From: Bilabrum cf. latius
Taxonomy: Eukaryota
Length of the DNA stretch: 64,000 bases
Assembly: GCA_965178125.1 (NCBI GenBank)
Contig: OZ237736.1
Location: 1,674,001-1,738,000, forward strand
Direction of reading: 5' to 3'
Position numbers and translations under genes: made by a program. How positions within the stretch are numbered: position 1 is the stretch's first letter; each line of letters begins with the position of its first letter. The notes under the pieces are model-generated. The model saw nothing but the letters and a program-made list of their open reading frames with translations. It was not told the origin of the DNA and did not search any database. Below are positions 62,504 through 64,000 of this stretch, in pieces.

Positions 62504-63451
62504 ATGTCAGACCATGCATCACCGTGGGCATTGCTTGGATTGAAGCCTGTAGACTTCGCAACGGAAAATCTCGCAATCCGCCGAGGCTTGTGTATCGCAG
62601 CTTGCGGCATATCGGTTGAAACCGTGCGGTGCATCTTTTAGGATGGTGCCTATGTATCTGCGCGATAGCGTACATCACTTCATAGTGTAATGCAGCGTAT
62701 TTGTGCGACAGATGACGGCAAAGTGCTGCGTGTCGACCCAAGCTTCTTGCTTGCGGAAACAGGCCAAAGACACTTGCGTTATGCTATCAATAGTATTAAA
62801 GAGAAGTCTGACGACGCAATCAGACGTGCCATGATGAAACTGGCTCCACAGAATGGGTTGGCGTTGCATGGAACCGGCAAGCACGCACCAAGCTCGTCGA
62901 AGCACGTCGAAAAGATGGCATGTGCTACTGCAGCTGAAGACGACACTGCAAATACTCAAAAGGGCTCATACCTGAGATCATCTGCCTCTGGGTGTGCAAG
63001 ATCGGAATCGAAAGGCAATGTTGGCTCAGGCTCCAGCCAGTAGCACCGGCGTGCACGGCGGGGCTAGTCCAAGGTCCACGGCCAGAAGATGCCGACTCAA
63101 GCCCAAGTATACTCGTGGCAAGAGGCAGTACTGCATCTGCGAACGCTCTGTGACGCATGCGAGCAGAAGGCTCACCTGACCGGAGCGGAAGCTCGCAGCT
63201 TGGTCAGATTGGCTAGCAGCAGCATCGAACCAGCTCTCGGGCGTCTAATGCAACTGGCGCGCGCAGACAAGTCTAAGAGGTCTGTGCCACTTAAGCGGAC
63301 TGCTACAGCGAGAACGAGCCTATCGCGTACACCCGTCGAGTTGCCCAAAAGGAGGAGAGGGGAGAAAAGGAAATTGCTCGCTGGGGATGCGACGCCATCG
63401 AAAAGGTGTAGGAGCATCCCTGGTGCAGTTTCGTTTCTTTCAGGGAAGTAA
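62504..63451 (+). CDS. Orphan basic protein (~315 aa), divergent from the giant ORF
   Basis: ORFs 62267, 62690 and 63089 are co-frame, separated only by TAGs (62639, 62666, 63041, 63065); TAA at 63449. NLS-like PKRRRGEKRK. Start ATG 62504 is inferred. Confidence 0.6.
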
Positions 63452-63546
63452 ATACTAGGTCAATACAGGTGGGCACTCGCCATCTCACTTCTATATCCAC
63501 CCAACACTCCCCCCTCCTAACTTCCAGCCAAATTGGCACCACGGCG

Positions 63547-63692
63547 CCATCCATCGCCCGCACAAACAACCTCCTTGCCCCGGCACAGCCACCATGGCCC
63601 CCATCCATCGCCCGCACACCCACCCTCCTTGCCCCGGCACAGCCACCATGGCCCCCATCCATCGCCCGCACACCCAACCTCCTTGCCCCGGC
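63547..63692. repeat. Subtelomeric 54-bp C-rich satellite, ~2.7 copies
   Basis: Unit ccatccatcgcccgcacacccaccctccttgccccggcacagccaccatggccc; abuts the terminal array. Confidence 0.9.
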
Positions 63693-64000
63693 TAGGGTTA
63701 GGGTTAGGGTTAGGGTTAGGGTTAGGGTTAGGGTTAGGGTTAGGGTTAGGGTTAGGGTTAGGGTTAGGGTTAGGGTTAGGGTTAGGGTTAGGGTTAGGGT
63801 TAGGGTTAGGGTTAGGGTTAGGGTTAGGGTTAGGGTTAGGGTTAGGGTTAGGGTTAGGGTTAGGGTTAGGGTTAGGGTTAGGGTTAGGGTTAGGGTTAGG
63901 GTTAGGGTTAGGGTTAGGGTTAGGGTTAGGGTTAGGGTTAGGGTTAGGGTTAGGGTTAGGGTTAGGGTTAGGGTTAGGGTTAGGGTTAGGGTTAGGGTTA
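63693..64000 (+). repeat. Telomeric array (TTAGGG)n, at least 51 copies, running off the window end
   Basis: Perfect hexamer run with the G-strand 5'->3' toward the window end. Confidence 0.98.

Larger units (their letters stand above)
53768..63692. mobile_element. Candidate telomere-embedded (Y'-like) cassette of ~9.9 kb between two co-oriented TTAGGG arrays
   Basis: Bounded by telomeric arrays and carries two orphan genes and its own satellite. No transposase, RT or helicase motif recognised, so mobility is inferred only. Confidence 0.35.

Overview
Compact, GC-rich, intron-poor eukaryotic (protist-like) chromosome end with TTAGGG telomeric repeats. The main signal is a non-standard nuclear genetic code. 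The fragmented ORF track collapses into about 25 clean genes if TAG is read as sense. TAG falls on conserved Gln positions (PP2C 'xQG..MED', cyclophilin 'CGQL', TRM1 'D.AxQSV.DGG'). TAA and TGA never occur in frame in my manual gene models and terminate all of them. So UAG appears to encode Gln while UAA/UGA remain stops. Bases 1-53 kb carry housekeeping and signalling genes: NOP14, RPL35A, FAM161-like, DIX-auxilin J protein, CCDC124, PHD protein, a split Tubby-domain protein, TRM1, M50B peptidase, NKAP, a kinase, PhLP3, ATAD3-like, BAR-PH, cyclophilin-like, eIF2A, AP4S1 and a 2156-aa cNMP-kinase-PP2C fusion. The chromosome then appears to end twice: a 55-bp satellite plus an internal (TTAGGG)~41 tract, then a ~10 kb cassette with a hidden ~2200-aa orphan gene and a divergent ~315-aa gene, then a related 54-bp satellite and a second TTAGGG array running off the window. 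All gene models and homology calls were made by eye, without database searches.
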